DNA from: Planctomycetaceae bacterium UBA6172
Lineage (GTDB): Bacteria; Planctomycetota; Planctomycetia; Pirellulales; Pirellulaceae
Reading direction: 5' to 3'
DNA length: 64,000 nt
Assembly: GCA_002422955.1 (NCBI GenBank)
Contig: DITY01000230.1
Span: 18,745 to 82,744 of the forward strand
Below are positions 28,095 to 37,062 of the stretch, one piece after another (the stretch's first letter is position 1; the number at the start of each line of letters is the position of its first letter). The translations under genes were made by a program, and so were the position numbers. The notes under the pieces are model-generated. The model worked only from the letters and a program-made list of their open reading frames with translations. It ran no database searches and was not told where the DNA came from.

Positions 28095-28221
28095 GCGAAG
28101 TTCGCTCTATATTCTTATCCCCGATTGACAGTAATTTCCCGCAGTCGCGGCCGAACAGGTTTTCCGATCCTCGGGAATCAGCCGTCCAACACGAAATGAC
28201 CGGTTCTACCGGAGGTTTTCC

Positions 28222-28605
28222 ATGCCCCGTATGATGGGGGTCGATATCCCCAATGAAAAGCAGATTCAATATTCTCTAACTTACCTCTATGGCGTTGGTC
28301 TCTACACCGCCCGCGAGGTTTGTGAGAAGCTCCAGATCGATCCAGCCCGTCGTGCTAGCGATTTGTCCGAAGAGGAGTTGAGCCGGATTTCGACGATGCT
28401 CGAGCGTGACTACACGGTCGAAGGGCCGTTGCGTCGGCAAGTCACCCAAAACATTAGCCGTTTGCGGGAGATCAAGTGTTATCGCGGGATGCGGCACCGG
28501 GCGAGTCTTCCTGTCCGTGGGCAGCGGACCAAGACGAATGCGAGAACGCGGAAGGGTCCGCGTAAAACGGTGGCCGGTAAGAAGGGTGTTAAGGATCTGC
28601 GATAG
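28222..28605 (+). CDS. rpsM: 30S ribosomal protein S13
   Basis: [30 protein letters not shown]...; 127 aa; basic C-terminus. Confidence 0.97.
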   Translation: MPRMMGVDIPNEKQIQYSLTYLYGVGLYTAREVCEKLQIDPARRASDLSEEELSRISTMLERDYTVEGPLRRQVTQNISRLREIKCYRGMRHRASLPVRGQRTKTNARTRKGPRKTVAGKKGVKDLR

Positions 28606-28832
28606 CTCCTCGTCGGTCGTGACTAGCACGTGGCTGTTTGCGGCTCGGATGGGATTGCTAACTGGGTTTATGGCCTGGTGCCGCGATCGATGTTTTTTGC
28701 CGGCCGGGTTCTCGGCGGGCTTTGTTGATTGGCGTGGAGTTTGTTGTCGGCGGCGGTGTGGGTTCGGTCCCGCGTCGTGCAGTCGCTTTGAAGGTTTTTA
28801 GAGTCAGTTAATACGATTCGGCAGGTTTCGCG

Positions 28833-29216
28833 GTGGCAAAAACAAACAAGAAAAAGCGTGTTCGTAGAAACGTTAGCAGTGGGGTTGTTCACATCCACAG
28901 CACCTTCAACAACACGACGGTGACGATTACGGATCCCCGCGGAGATACGCTTTGTTGGGCGACCGCTGGCACCTCTGGATTCAAGGGGAGTCGTAAGAGC
29001 ACGCCATTTGCTGGTCAGTGTGCGGCTCAGCAGGCGGCGGAGAAGGCCACCAAGTTCGGGATGCGGGACGTTGAAGTTCGGGTCAAGGGGCCCGGGTCGG
29101 GGCGTGAAAGTGCAATCACTTCGTTGCAGGCTGCTGGTCTGAACGTCAAGTTGATCGAGGATGTGACGCCGATTCCTCATAACGGTTGTCGTCCTCGCAA
29201 GAAACGCCGCGTCTAG
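28833..29216 (+). CDS. rpsK: 30S ribosomal protein S11
   Basis: GTG start. [44 protein letters not shown] is the canonical S11 sequence. Confidence 0.97.
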   Translation: MAKTNKKKRVRRNVSSGVVHIHSTFNNTTVTITDPRGDTLCWATAGTSGFKGSRKSTPFAGQCAAQQAAEKATKFGMRDVEVRVKGPGSGRESAITSLQAAGLNVKLIEDVTPIPHNGCRPRKKRRV

Positions 29217-29293
29217 TTGCGGGTGGCTAGCGGTTGTACCGTCCGCTGTCCGAGTTGTCCGTCCACATTTACCCGAAATAGAGGTTTTCCCCG

Positions 29294-30280
29294 ATGCACA
29301 TTCGATGGCGCGGAATGGAGCTGCCAGGAACTCTGGAAGTCGACCGGCAGTCGTTGACGTCCAATTACGGAAAGTTCATTGCCGAACCCTTCGAACGTGG
29401 TTTTGGCGCCAGCGTTGGAAATAGTCTGCGGAGAGTTTTGCTTAGCAGTCTCATGGGGAGTGCCGTAACTCAGATTAAAATTCGGGGTGCTCAGCACGAG
29501 TTCACGACCATCGAGGGTGTGGTTGAAGACGTTACGGACATCGTTCTGAACGTGAAAAGCCTGATCGTTCGAAATCTCAGCGAAGCGACCCGCGTGATTA
29601 CGCTGGAAAGCAATAAGGCTGGGGTCTTGACGGGGGCGGATATCGAGACTGATGCCGATGTGGAGATCGTCAACAAGGATCACGTGATCGCGACGCTCAC
29701 TCGCGATGTCCCTTTCATGATGGAAATGGTCGTCGAGAATGGGCGAGGCTATGTGCCCAGCACTGAGCATAGCGTGGTAGATCACGAGATCGGTATCATT
29801 CCGGTCGACGCGGTTTTTAGTCCGGTTACGCGAGTTCGTTACCAAGTCGAAGACACCCGCGTCGGGCAAAAGACGAATTACGACCGGTTGATTCTCGAAG
29901 TTTGGACCGACGGTTCGGTGACGCCCGAGCTGGCCTTGATCGAGGCCGCGAAGATTCTTCGAAAGCATCTCAATCCTTTCGTGCAGTATCGAGAGCTGGG
30001 GCCGAGTATTTTTTCGGCAGGTCGCGGTGGTGCTGGTTCCGCCGAGGCACAGCTCGAGAGCAAGCTGAACATGAAGCTGGCGGAGCTTCGTCTGTCTGTT
30101 CGTGCGAACAATTGTCTCGAGAGCGAGAATATCGCTACCTTGCGAGATTTGGTTCAGCGGACGGAGGACCAGTTGCTGGAAGTTCGAAACTTCGGAGACA
30201 CCACTCTCAATGAAGTTCGTGAAAAACTTGCCCAATATGGTTTGCACCTCGGGATGCGAGTGCCATCCAGTGCTCTTTAG
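29294..30280 (+). CDS. rpoA: DNA-directed RNA polymerase subunit alpha
   Basis: 328 aa. The N-terminal domain has [26 protein letters not shown]. The C-terminal domain has [23 protein letters not shown]. Confidence 0.97.
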   Translation: MHIRWRGMELPGTLEVDRQSLTSNYGKFIAEPFERGFGASVGNSLRRVLLSSLMGSAVTQIKIRGAQHEFTTIEGVVEDVTDIVLNVKSLIVRNLSEATRVITLESNKAGVLTGADIETDADVEIVNKDHVIATLTRDVPFMMEMVVENGRGYVPSTEHSVVDHEIGIIPVDAVFSPVTRVRYQVEDTRVGQKTNYDRLILEVWTDGSVTPELALIEAAKILRKHLNPFVQYRELGPSIFSAGRGGAGSAEAQLESKLNMKLAELRLSVRANNCLESENIATLRDLVQRTEDQLLEVRNFGDTTLNEVREKLAQYGLHLGMRVPSSAL

Positions 30281-30394
30281 TTGTTAGTCTGCTTTATTTA
30301 CGTCTCCTTTCGCGCTGCGGGTTGCAGAGCGGGGTGGCCTTTTTGAGACACGTTCACTTCATCAGTTTGGTTGCCAACGGCAACGGATCGAATC

Positions 30395-30973
30395 ATGCGA
30401 CATCGAAGAAAAAGTCGGCGGTTGGGTAGAAGCTCCAGCCATCGCAAGGCACTTTTGAAAAATTTGGCCAGCGCGATTTTCCTAACCGAGCGTGATGCGG
30501 AAGGTGCGGATAATGCACCTAAGGTCCCCGGTCGGATCGTGACCACCTTGGAAAAGGCAAAAGAGGTTCGTCCGCTCGTTGAAAAATGCATCACCATCGC
30601 CAAGAATTCGCTCCCAGCCGCCGAAGAGGCAAAGCAATTCGCCTCCGCCGCACTGCGTGGAAGCGACGACTACAAGTCGTGGCGGAAGAGCGATCAGTGG
30701 CAAAAGTGGGCCGCTGCTAGAGCGCCGGTGGTTAACGCCCGTCGTCGGGTGTTGCAGCTGATCGGAGATAAGGACGCTACTCGGGTTCTCTTTGATCGTG
30801 TCGCTTCCCGGTTCTCGGACCGACCGGGCGGTTATACTCGAATTGTTCGACTTGCTACGCCGCGACTTGGTGACGCCGGTACGCGCGCGATTCTTGAGTT
30901 CGTTGGGACGAATGATCGTCTGAAGAAGAAGAGTGTCAAGCCGGCATTCGCTGCGGAGGGAGTCACAGAGTGA
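30395..30973 (+). CDS. rplQ: 50S ribosomal protein L17
   Basis: MRHRRKSRRLGRSSSHRKALLKNLA from the ATG at 30395 (ORF 30371-30973); GGYTRIVRL motif. Confidence 0.95.
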   Translation: MRHRRKSRRLGRSSSHRKALLKNLASAIFLTERDAEGADNAPKVPGRIVTTLEKAKEVRPLVEKCITIAKNSLPAAEEAKQFASAALRGSDDYKSWRKSDQWQKWAAARAPVVNARRRVLQLIGDKDATRVLFDRVASRFSDRPGGYTRIVRLATPRLGDAGTRAILEFVGTNDRLKKKSVKPAFAAEGVTE

Positions 30974-31064
30974 CGCCCATCTGTAAGTTTCCGAGTTTCC
31001 CAATTTCGTTGTTTTTCGTCTTGCGACGCGGCTCCTAAGTCGCGTATGACGCACATTAGTGATC

Positions 31065-31085
31065 GACCCGATGGATCGGGTTTTC
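31065..31085 (+). terminator. candidate intrinsic terminator after rplQ
   Basis: ACCCGA (31066-31071) / TGGA loop / TCGGGT (31076-31081), followed by TTTC. The stem is only 6-7 bp and the U-run is short. Confidence 0.35.
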
Positions 31086-31113
31086 GAGATGTTTCAGCGC
31101 AGGGAGTGTGCTC

Positions 31114-31569
31114 ATGTCCGACAAACACAACAGGTTTTTTCAGGCGGCTGATGAGCGGCTTGGTACGAGCCGTCAACGCTCCTGTTCATTAGCCGTTTTG
31201 GTCGAATGCGTCGTTTCTCCCCTCTTGAGGGAGCATCCCACGCCGATCCTCTTTGAGCTCAATGTCCCCATCGATTTGGTCACCACCACCGACCAAGCAA
31301 GATTGGCGGACGTTGTCCGCAGTTTGGTCAAGAGTTCGTTGGAGCAGATGACCGAGGGCGGGGAGCTGACGGTGACGGGATGTCAGACTTCACACGGGGT
31401 GGAGTTGGAGATCGCGGATACCGGAGGCGATCTGGACAGTCGGGGGCATAAGTTTTCGATCGCCGTGGCTGCTTTGGGATGCAAGCCACAGTGGCAGAGT
31501 TGCCCGCAGGGTGGAGTGGCCGTGACTTTGACATTGCCGTTTCAGGACTCGGTTCGGAAGGCGGCCTAG
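31114..31569 (+). CDS. stand-alone histidine-kinase-like ATPase (HATPase_c) domain protein
   Basis: About 150 aa. N-box-like VRSLVKSSLEQM; G1-like ELEIADTGGDLD; C-terminal GGVAVTLTLP. There is no HisKA/His-box and no clear G2 box. It lies directly upstream of fliF on the same strand. Confidence 0.55.
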   Translation: MSDKHNRFFQAADERLGTSRQRSCSLAVLVECVVSPLLREHPTPILFELNVPIDLVTTTDQARLADVVRSLVKSSLEQMTEGGELTVTGCQTSHGVELEIADTGGDLDSRGHKFSIAVAALGCKPQWQSCPQGGVAVTLTLPFQDSVRKAA

Positions 31570-31864
31570 GTTCCCGGCGGTTCGTCGCTCAACGGCGCAC
31601 GGGCTTCTGGGCCGCTGTCGTAGGTCGGGCGTTATTCGAGAGTCCTTCGATTTCTTAAGTTTGTCTCCCGTTACCGGTTTTCCACCATTTAAGTTTTGCG
31701 GCCCGACTCCGTTGTTCGGCGTCTGGGTCGCGTCGGGTATCGGGTGGTTGATTTGAGCATCGGTGGGGCTCGTCGGCCGGGTTTGCAATGGTGATCAACG
31801 CGGCAATTTCATTTCATCACGCGATGGTTTGGCCATTGAGTTCCATCGCGAATTTGAAACGATC

Positions 31865-34477
31865 ATGAAATCCCTCGTCCAGGCGTATGATTGGCTGCAA
31901 ACGGCGATTCGGGTAATGCCGGTGGCATCCCGGTGGACGAGCGCCGGTCTGTTGGTGGTGATCGTCATCGGATTGGCGTGGACCCTTGGCTCGGATTCGG
32001 TTGAGGATTCTGAGTATCTTTTTGGGGGGCGGTCGCTGACGGAATCCGAAGCTGACTTGGTCGAGATGGCCTTCAGCGAAGCCGGTTTGAGTGCTTGGGC
32101 TCGCGAAGACGGACGGCGGATTCGTGTGCCGTTGGTCAACCGCAACGAGTACTTCTCAGCTCTGAGCGATTCGGCCTCACTCCCGCTGTCGCTGCGGTCG
32201 CGGGTTCAGGAGGCCATCGAGCAGGCGAGTCCCTTCGAATCGAGGGAACAACGACAAGCCCGAGAGTCCTACGCGAAAGCTCAAGATCTCGGTCGGAAAA
32301 TCAGTGCTTTTCCCGAAATTCGATGGGCCAGTGTTGAATATGACCGTGGCGAACGACCAGGGTTGTCCCGTTCTCGATCTCAGTCCGCGAGCGTTTTCGT
32401 TTCCCCCGAAGGAACGGATCCGTTGACCAATTTCCGGGTCAATATGATCAAGGAGCTGGTTCGAGCCTCTTATGCCGATATGCGAAGCGATGATGTCGTA
32501 GTCATCGACACCAACGCTTCGGAGATCGATCCCTCACGGGAGGACGAAGATCCAGTGCTGCGCAAGCGACTGGAGGAGGAAAATGCGTACGAGCAGAAAG
32601 TTCAGAACGCCTTGACGGGGTACGGCCCCATTCGCGTTACCGCCCATGCCGAGCTGGATGTGGACCCGACGATCGATTCGGGAAGCCAGGGAAATGAACT
32701 CGTTGGCGGCTCGCCAGATTTTCGTGGCCGTGTCTTGGCAGCCGCGACGCCCGAGTCGGAAAGCTTGGGAGCCGAAACGCGTGAGGTTGGTAGTCGACGC
32801 CTTACTTTGGCCCAGCCGCAGGACTATCGGGTGGGGGCCGCAAACCAAGCGGTTGGCCCGGGGGGGAATACGGAATCAGAGCGGACTCGGCTGACTAACG
32901 TTCAAGTCAAGCGGATTCGGATCTCGGTCGGTTTACCAGCCAGCTACTACGACCAAATTTTGTTACAAGACTTTCTTCGGGAGAATCCTGAGAAGGCAGC
33001 GGTCGAAATGCCAATGCCGACCGACGAAATGCGCCAGCGGAAACGGGTTGAAACCGAAAACCAGATCAAGGCGGCCGTCACGCCGTTATTGCCAACGAGC
33101 GTCCCAGACGATGATGCCGTTCCTCTCGTAAGTGTCTGGGATTACCCCGATCTGCCGCAACCGAGTGTGGCTGAAAGCGCTGAGTACACAGCCGGTGAGG
33201 GGATGGTGAGTTGGGTGTCCGACTCGTGGCGGGTGCTCGCATTGTTGGGGTTGTTTGCAATTGCAATCGCTGTTCCGGTCGTACGTTTACTTTGGCCTCT
33301 GGGCAGGCCTGGGCTTGATCAGAACCAGTCCCCAACTTCTGAGTTCTCAAGATCGGCTGATCAACTGGATGGGGTTCCTCGCTTCGAGCCAGAGCGAGGT
33401 GCGACCGCTGGCACGCCAGATTTTGTTGCCGACACCTCGCCAGCGACGCTGGCTGAGCGGTCGGACGCCGCGGAGATCGTGTTTTCGCAAACGGCACGTC
33501 AACGATCCGATTCGACAACCGGCTCCAGACGTCGATCCTCAGCCACAGAAGAGGACAGCGATCCATTGCAATTTCTTAGCCAGGTAGATGACGAAATCCT
33601 GGCCCAGCGAGTGCGCGAAGAAAACCCTCAAACGCTCGCGATCATCCTGGCAGCCATGGCGCCTGATAAAGCAGCTCGACTCTTGTCCAGCCTTGGGCCA
33701 GCGTTGCGTGCGGAGGTGATGAAAAGGATTGCGAAGCTCGACGTCCCCTCACGTGAAGTATTGAGTGACATTGCCTCTCAACTCCGCCACCGACTACTTT
33801 CGGCGCCCAGCCAGGTCCCAGGATTCCCAAGTCAATGGGAATCTTTGGAGGAGAAGACGTCGGGACCAAATCTTGGTGGTACCCGGGGGCAAGGCATCCT
33901 GAATTCAATCTTGGCCGAGATGCCTGAAACTGCGAAACCGCGGGCTGAACGGCCGACTAACTGGTACGAAGTCCCTTCGGGACTCGGTTCGATCAGCCCT
34001 GCAGGATCCATTCGCGATTCGCGAGCCAAAGTCGATGTGGCGCCGACGGCAAGTGATCCTTTCAAAGTCGGTCATATCATCGGTTCCGACTTCGAAGGGA
34101 CGGGAGTCGAGTCCCGCGAGTCCCGCTCGGCGGCTGCCCAACGAGCGCATGACCGGTTGTTGACGGTTCCGGTTGTTCGGCTGCGTGAGGCTTTGGCAGC
34201 TGTCGAATCTCGACAGGCCATCTTGGCTTTGTGCGGTTTACCGCAGTCCAAGGCGGACGCTGTCCTGAACCTGCTTTCCTGGGGGCAAGCCCGTCGGGCG
34301 AGAAAACAGCTTTCCAGAATTGGGAGTATCGAGCTTCGCGATATCGATCAATCGCTGGAACTGGTCGCTCGCCAGTTGGATTCAGAGGAAACGCTTTCAG
34401 GAAAATTTTCTCCCGTTCCGCCAACTTCCGCATCGCCAGGTCAAGCTTCCAGCATCAAGTTGGCCAAGGCTGCATAA
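31865..34477 (+). CDS. fliF: flagellar MS-ring protein FliF fused to a FliG-like middle and C-terminal module
   Basis: The ATG at 31865 (MKSLVQAYDWLQ) lies within ORF 31763-34477. It starts with TM1, followed by the YscJ/FliF-type periplasmic region and TM2 (WRVLALLGLFAIAIAVPVV). After a linker come ENPQTLAIILAAMAPDKAARLLSSLGPALRAEVMKRIAKLD (FliG_M-like) and LALCGLPQSKADAVLNLLSW...IELRDIDQSLELV (FliG_C-like). fliH-fliI-fliJ follow. Confidence 0.75.
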   Translation: MKSLVQAYDWLQTAIRVMPVASRWTSAGLLVVIVIGLAWTLGSDSVEDSEYLFGGRSLTESEADLVEMAFSEAGLSAWAREDGRRIRVPLVNRNEYFSALSDSASLPLSLRSRVQEAIEQASPFESREQRQARESYAKAQDLGRKISAFPEIRWASVEYDRGERPGLSRSRSQSASVFVSPEGTDPLTNFRVNMIKELVRASYADMRSDDVVVIDTNASEIDPSREDEDPVLRKRLEEENAYEQKVQNALTGYGPIRVTAHAELDVDPTIDSGSQGNELVGGSPDFRGRVLAAATPESESLGAETREVGSRRLTLAQPQDYRVGAANQAVGPGGNTESERTRLTNVQVKRIRISVGLPASYYDQILLQDFLRENPEKAAVEMPMPTDEMRQRKRVETENQIKAAVTPLLPTSVPDDDAVPLVSVWDYPDLPQPSVAESAEYTAGEGMVSWVSDSWRVLALLGLFAIAIAVPVVRLLWPLGRPGLDQNQSPTSEFSRSADQLDGVPRFEPERGATAGTPDFVADTSPATLAERSDAAEIVFSQTARQRSDSTTGSRRRSSATEEDSDPLQFLSQVDDEILAQRVREENPQTLAIILAAMAPDKAARLLSSLGPALRAEVMKRIAKLDVPSREVLSDIASQLRHRLLSAPSQVPGFPSQWESLEEKTSGPNLGGTRGQGILNSILAEMPETAKPRAERPTNWYEVPSGLGSISPAGSIRDSRAKVDVAPTASDPFKVGHIIGSDFEGTGVESRESRSAAAQRAHDRLLTVPVVRLREALAAVESRQAILALCGLPQSKADAVLNLLSWGQARRARKQLSRIGSIELRDIDQSLELVARQLDSEETLSGKFSPVPPTSASPGQASSIKLAKAA

Positions 34478-34556
34478 AGTTAACGTCGTCAGTGGAGTGG
34501 AATCTCCCTGAGCTTCGCATCTGTCACTCGCCTCTTTGATTGCTAAATTTGAAGCC

Positions 34557-35246
34557 ATGGCTGCCATTCTCAAGCCTCATGCCGCTGCTGTCGTACATGG
34601 GAGTGTTGCCCCATCTGGCCTGGCAGGCTTCAACTTCGAGGACCTTTCGAAGCAAGCCAAGGGACAACTTGAAGGCTGGCGTCAGGAGATCGTTCAGCTG
34701 CGTGAGCAGGCGATCCGCGAAGCCCACGAACTCCGCCAACACGCCCACAACGAAGGCTTGCTCGCCGGGAGGGCCGAGGCTGCGCTGGAAGCGGAGGCTC
34801 GGCTGAATCAGGAAATCGATACGAGGATGAGTCAGCAGGGGGCAGTCTCTGAGGCGATGGTCCGTCAACTCAGCGAGATTCACGAGCAGTGGATGACTCA
34901 GTATGCGGAAACGCTAATTGAAACAGCGGTCGGGATTGCACAGCGAATCATTCGGCGACGGTTGGAGCGTGAACCGGAGATCATCGCAGATTGGGTAGCC
35001 GAAGCGTTGTGGGCATCCCGTTCGGCTAACCGATTGGTCGTTGCGGTTCATCCCGAAACGCTCGCTGAGATGGGACCGAGCTTGGAAGAACTTTTGTCGC
35101 AGCCCGGATTGCCCGAGGATACAACTCTCGTAACCGACGAATCGGTTCCTCGGGAAGGGGTGGTGATTCGACAGCATGGAGGCGAGGTAGCCGCGACTTT
35201 AGAAGCTCAACTGGCTCGTCTCGCCGAGGTCTTAAAGGATGCTTAG
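34557..35246 (+). CDS. fliH: flagellar assembly protein FliH (SctL family)
   Basis: The coiled-coil N-terminal half is followed by IETAVGIAQRIIRRRLEREPEIIADWVAEAL...LVVAVHPETLAEM...GVVIRQHGGEVAATLEAQL, which fits the FliH/SctL pattern. It sits between fliF and fliI. The start is ATG 34557 or TTG 34536. Confidence 0.75.
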   Translation: MAAILKPHAAAVVHGSVAPSGLAGFNFEDLSKQAKGQLEGWRQEIVQLREQAIREAHELRQHAHNEGLLAGRAEAALEAEARLNQEIDTRMSQQGAVSEAMVRQLSEIHEQWMTQYAETLIETAVGIAQRIIRRRLEREPEIIADWVAEALWASRSANRLVVAVHPETLAEMGPSLEELLSQPGLPEDTTLVTDESVPREGVVIRQHGGEVAATLEAQLARLAEVLKDA

Positions 35247-36579
35247 TTTGCCACCGCTGCCACCGCCACTTGCGCTTCGACGGAGGATCGAAATGACCTC
35301 GCCGTTGGCAATTCGGGGGCGCATCACTTCGGTTGTTGGTGGCAATGTTGTTGTCGAGGGGATGATCGCCCCGCTGGGATCGATTATGAGAATCGATTCG
35401 GTACATGGACGGTCCTGCGTTGCCAGGGTGATCGGATTCCACGGAGTCTGTCCGATGTTGGCTCCGTTGGGAGATTTTGGCGCGTTTCGCGCGGGCGATT
35501 TGGTGACACTGATCGCAGATACTTTGCGGATTCCAGTTGGCCCACAGTTGCTCGGCAGGATATTGGATGCGTTAGGGCGACCGATCGATAGCAAGCCGTT
35601 GCCGCGTGGCCTGGCGGCTTGTACTGACGATACCCCTGCCCCGCCCTCCCTTTCCAGGCCTCCGATTGACGAGGCGTTGTCGACCGGCGTCAAGGCAATT
35701 GATGCCATGTTGACTATCGGCCGCGGCCAAAGGATGGGCATCTTCGCTGGTTCAGGAGTGGGCAAAAGTACCCTGCTCGGGATGTTGGCTCGAGGTGCAG
35801 AAGCGGATGCAATTGTGATTGCCATGGTTGGCGAGCGGGGGCGGGAGGTGCGTGAGTTCGCCGAACGGACGCTCGGTCCCGAAGGGATCGCTCGGAGTGT
35901 CATCATCGTTGCTACCAGTGACCAGCCCGCGGCGGTGCGAGTGCAGGCGGCCTGGACTGCCAGTGCGATTGCCGAATCGATGCGGGATTCAGGAAAGCAC
36001 GTTCTCTTACTCGTCGATTCGATTACTCGCATGGCCATGGCCCAACGAGAACTTTCGCTGGCTGCGGGTGAACCGGTAACCACGCGTGGTTATACCCCCA
36101 GTGTTTTCTCCCTACTTCCACGCTTGATCGAACGGGCTGGCAGGACGGAATCCGGCTCGATCACCGCGTTCTATAGCGTGCTGGTTGAGGGCGATGATAT
36201 GAATGAGCCCATAGCCGATACGGTGCGAGGTCTACTGGACGGTCACATCGTGCTCAGTCGGGGGTTAGCCAACGAGGCCCATTGGCCTGCGATCGATGTT
36301 CTGGAGAGCGTCAGTCGGCTTCAGCCTCATCTGGTTGAGAGTCACGTCATGGCGGCTGCCGAATCGCTCCGAAAGGATTTGGCTGAATATCAACGCCATG
36401 CCGAGTTGATCTCGATCGGAGCGTACCGGCCGGGCGTACAGCCTCAGCTGGATCGAGCGATCGCGATTCGGGAATCCGCCCAATCCTTGCTTCGTCAAGG
36501 ATCGAATGAATGCTATTCGCTTGAGCAGAGTCAATCCGCTCTGGTAGCGATGGGCCAAGTGGTCCCGCCTGTGCGATGA
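35239..36579 (+). CDS. fliI: flagellum-specific ATPase FliI (T3SS ATPase family)
   Basis: Walker A GSGVGKSTLLGML; Walker B HVLLLVDSITRMAMAQRE; SITAFYSVLVEGDDMNEPIAD. The start overlaps the fliH stop by 8 nt (alternative ATG at 35293). Confidence 0.93.
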   Translation: MLSLPPLPPPLALRRRIEMTSPLAIRGRITSVVGGNVVVEGMIAPLGSIMRIDSVHGRSCVARVIGFHGVCPMLAPLGDFGAFRAGDLVTLIADTLRIPVGPQLLGRILDALGRPIDSKPLPRGLAACTDDTPAPPSLSRPPIDEALSTGVKAIDAMLTIGRGQRMGIFAGSGVGKSTLLGMLARGAEADAIVIAMVGERGREVREFAERTLGPEGIARSVIIVATSDQPAAVRVQAAWTASAIAESMRDSGKHVLLLVDSITRMAMAQRELSLAAGEPVTTRGYTPSVFSLLPRLIERAGRTESGSITAFYSVLVEGDDMNEPIADTVRGLLDGHIVLSRGLANEAHWPAIDVLESVSRLQPHLVESHVMAAAESLRKDLAEYQRHAELISIGAYRPGVQPQLDRAIAIRESAQSLLRQGSNECYSLEQSQSALVAMGQVVPPVR

Positions 36580-36618
36580 TGTTTGCCGCTTCTGGTTGAT
36601 CCGCGTTAAAGGGGAAGA

Positions 36619-37062
36619 ATGTTTCGATTTGAGTTTGAATCGATCTTAAGCCTTCGCGAGACTGAGAGAAACGCGTCGCGTGCCGAGTTGGCTGCGGCGA
36701 TAGCGAGGCTGATCGCGGTCCAGACGCAACGAGAGGAGTTGCGGCGAGCAACATGGGAAGCGGTTTCGGCTTATCGTGACACCCGGTTCGGTCTCCTCCG
36801 GATTGATGCTTTGCGAAAGCAGGGGGACTTTGAAAAGCAGATGGCAGTCGAGGATGCTGCACTGGCGAGGTTGCAAAACGACCTGGAGTCTGAGATGGAG
36901 AGTAGTCAGGCCGCACTGATGTCAGCGGAAATCGAGTACCGCAGATGGGAGGCTTTGCGAAAGCGGGCCAAACTCGCCTGGACTACCCGGTGCGCGAAAC
37001 TACAGCAGCAGGAAATGGACGAAGTCTCGGCGAGAAGGTATCAGGGGTTGAACCGCTTCTGA
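36619..37062 (+). CDS. fliJ: flagellar export chaperone FliJ-like coiled-coil protein
   Basis: 147 aa and entirely heptad-like. MFRFEFESILSLRETERNASRAEL at the N-terminus and ...QQQEMDEVS at the C-terminus fit the FliJ pattern. It lies immediately after fliI. Confidence 0.65.
   Translation: MFRFEFESILSLRETERNASRAELAAAIARLIAVQTQREELRRATWEAVSAYRDTRFGLLRIDALRKQGDFEKQMAVEDAALARLQNDLESEMESSQAALMSAEIEYRRWEALRKRAKLAWTTRCAKLQQQEMDEVSARRYQGLNRF

Noticed and set aside
28125-28130. A perfect TTGACA lies upstream of rpsM and could be a -35 box.
   Set aside because: No acceptable -10 hexamer follows at 16-18 nt (the sequence there is CGGCCG). I do not call a promoter.
28648-28801. A 50-codon Cys-rich ORF (MGLLTGFMAWCRDRCFLPAGFSAGFVDWRGVCCRRRCGFGPASCSRFEGF) lies in the rpsM-rpsK spacer. 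I considered it as a possible L36-like or small zinc peptide.
   Set aside because: It has no similarity to L36 (rpmJ). The Cys/Gly/Phe/Val bias is what any frame of a G+T-rich sequence yields, and it has no ribosome-binding context. The spacer is reported as an RNA-level oddity instead.
29217-29293. rpsD is absent between rpsK and rpoA, and rpmJ is absent before rpsM.
   Set aside because: rpsD is encoded elsewhere in many bacterial lineages (for example Bacillus). The short gaps contain no hidden ORF, so this is not anomalous.
29213-30247. A 344-aa ORF runs antisense across the whole of rpoA.
   Set aside because: It lies fully inside a highly conserved gene on the opposite strand and its product is Arg/Asn/Gln-rich with no recognisable motifs. 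This is a typical shadow ORF of a strongly codon-biased gene in a GC-rich genome.
35232-36083. A 283-aa ORF is antisense to fliI. Similar long antisense ORFs occur at 48708-49475, 59367-60224 and 62160-62870.
   Set aside because: Each is completely embedded opposite a confidently identified gene (fliI, the heme-binding protein, DUF1501, sucC). Their compositions are Arg/Ser/Pro-rich and unlike real proteins. I treat them as GC-driven shadow ORFs.
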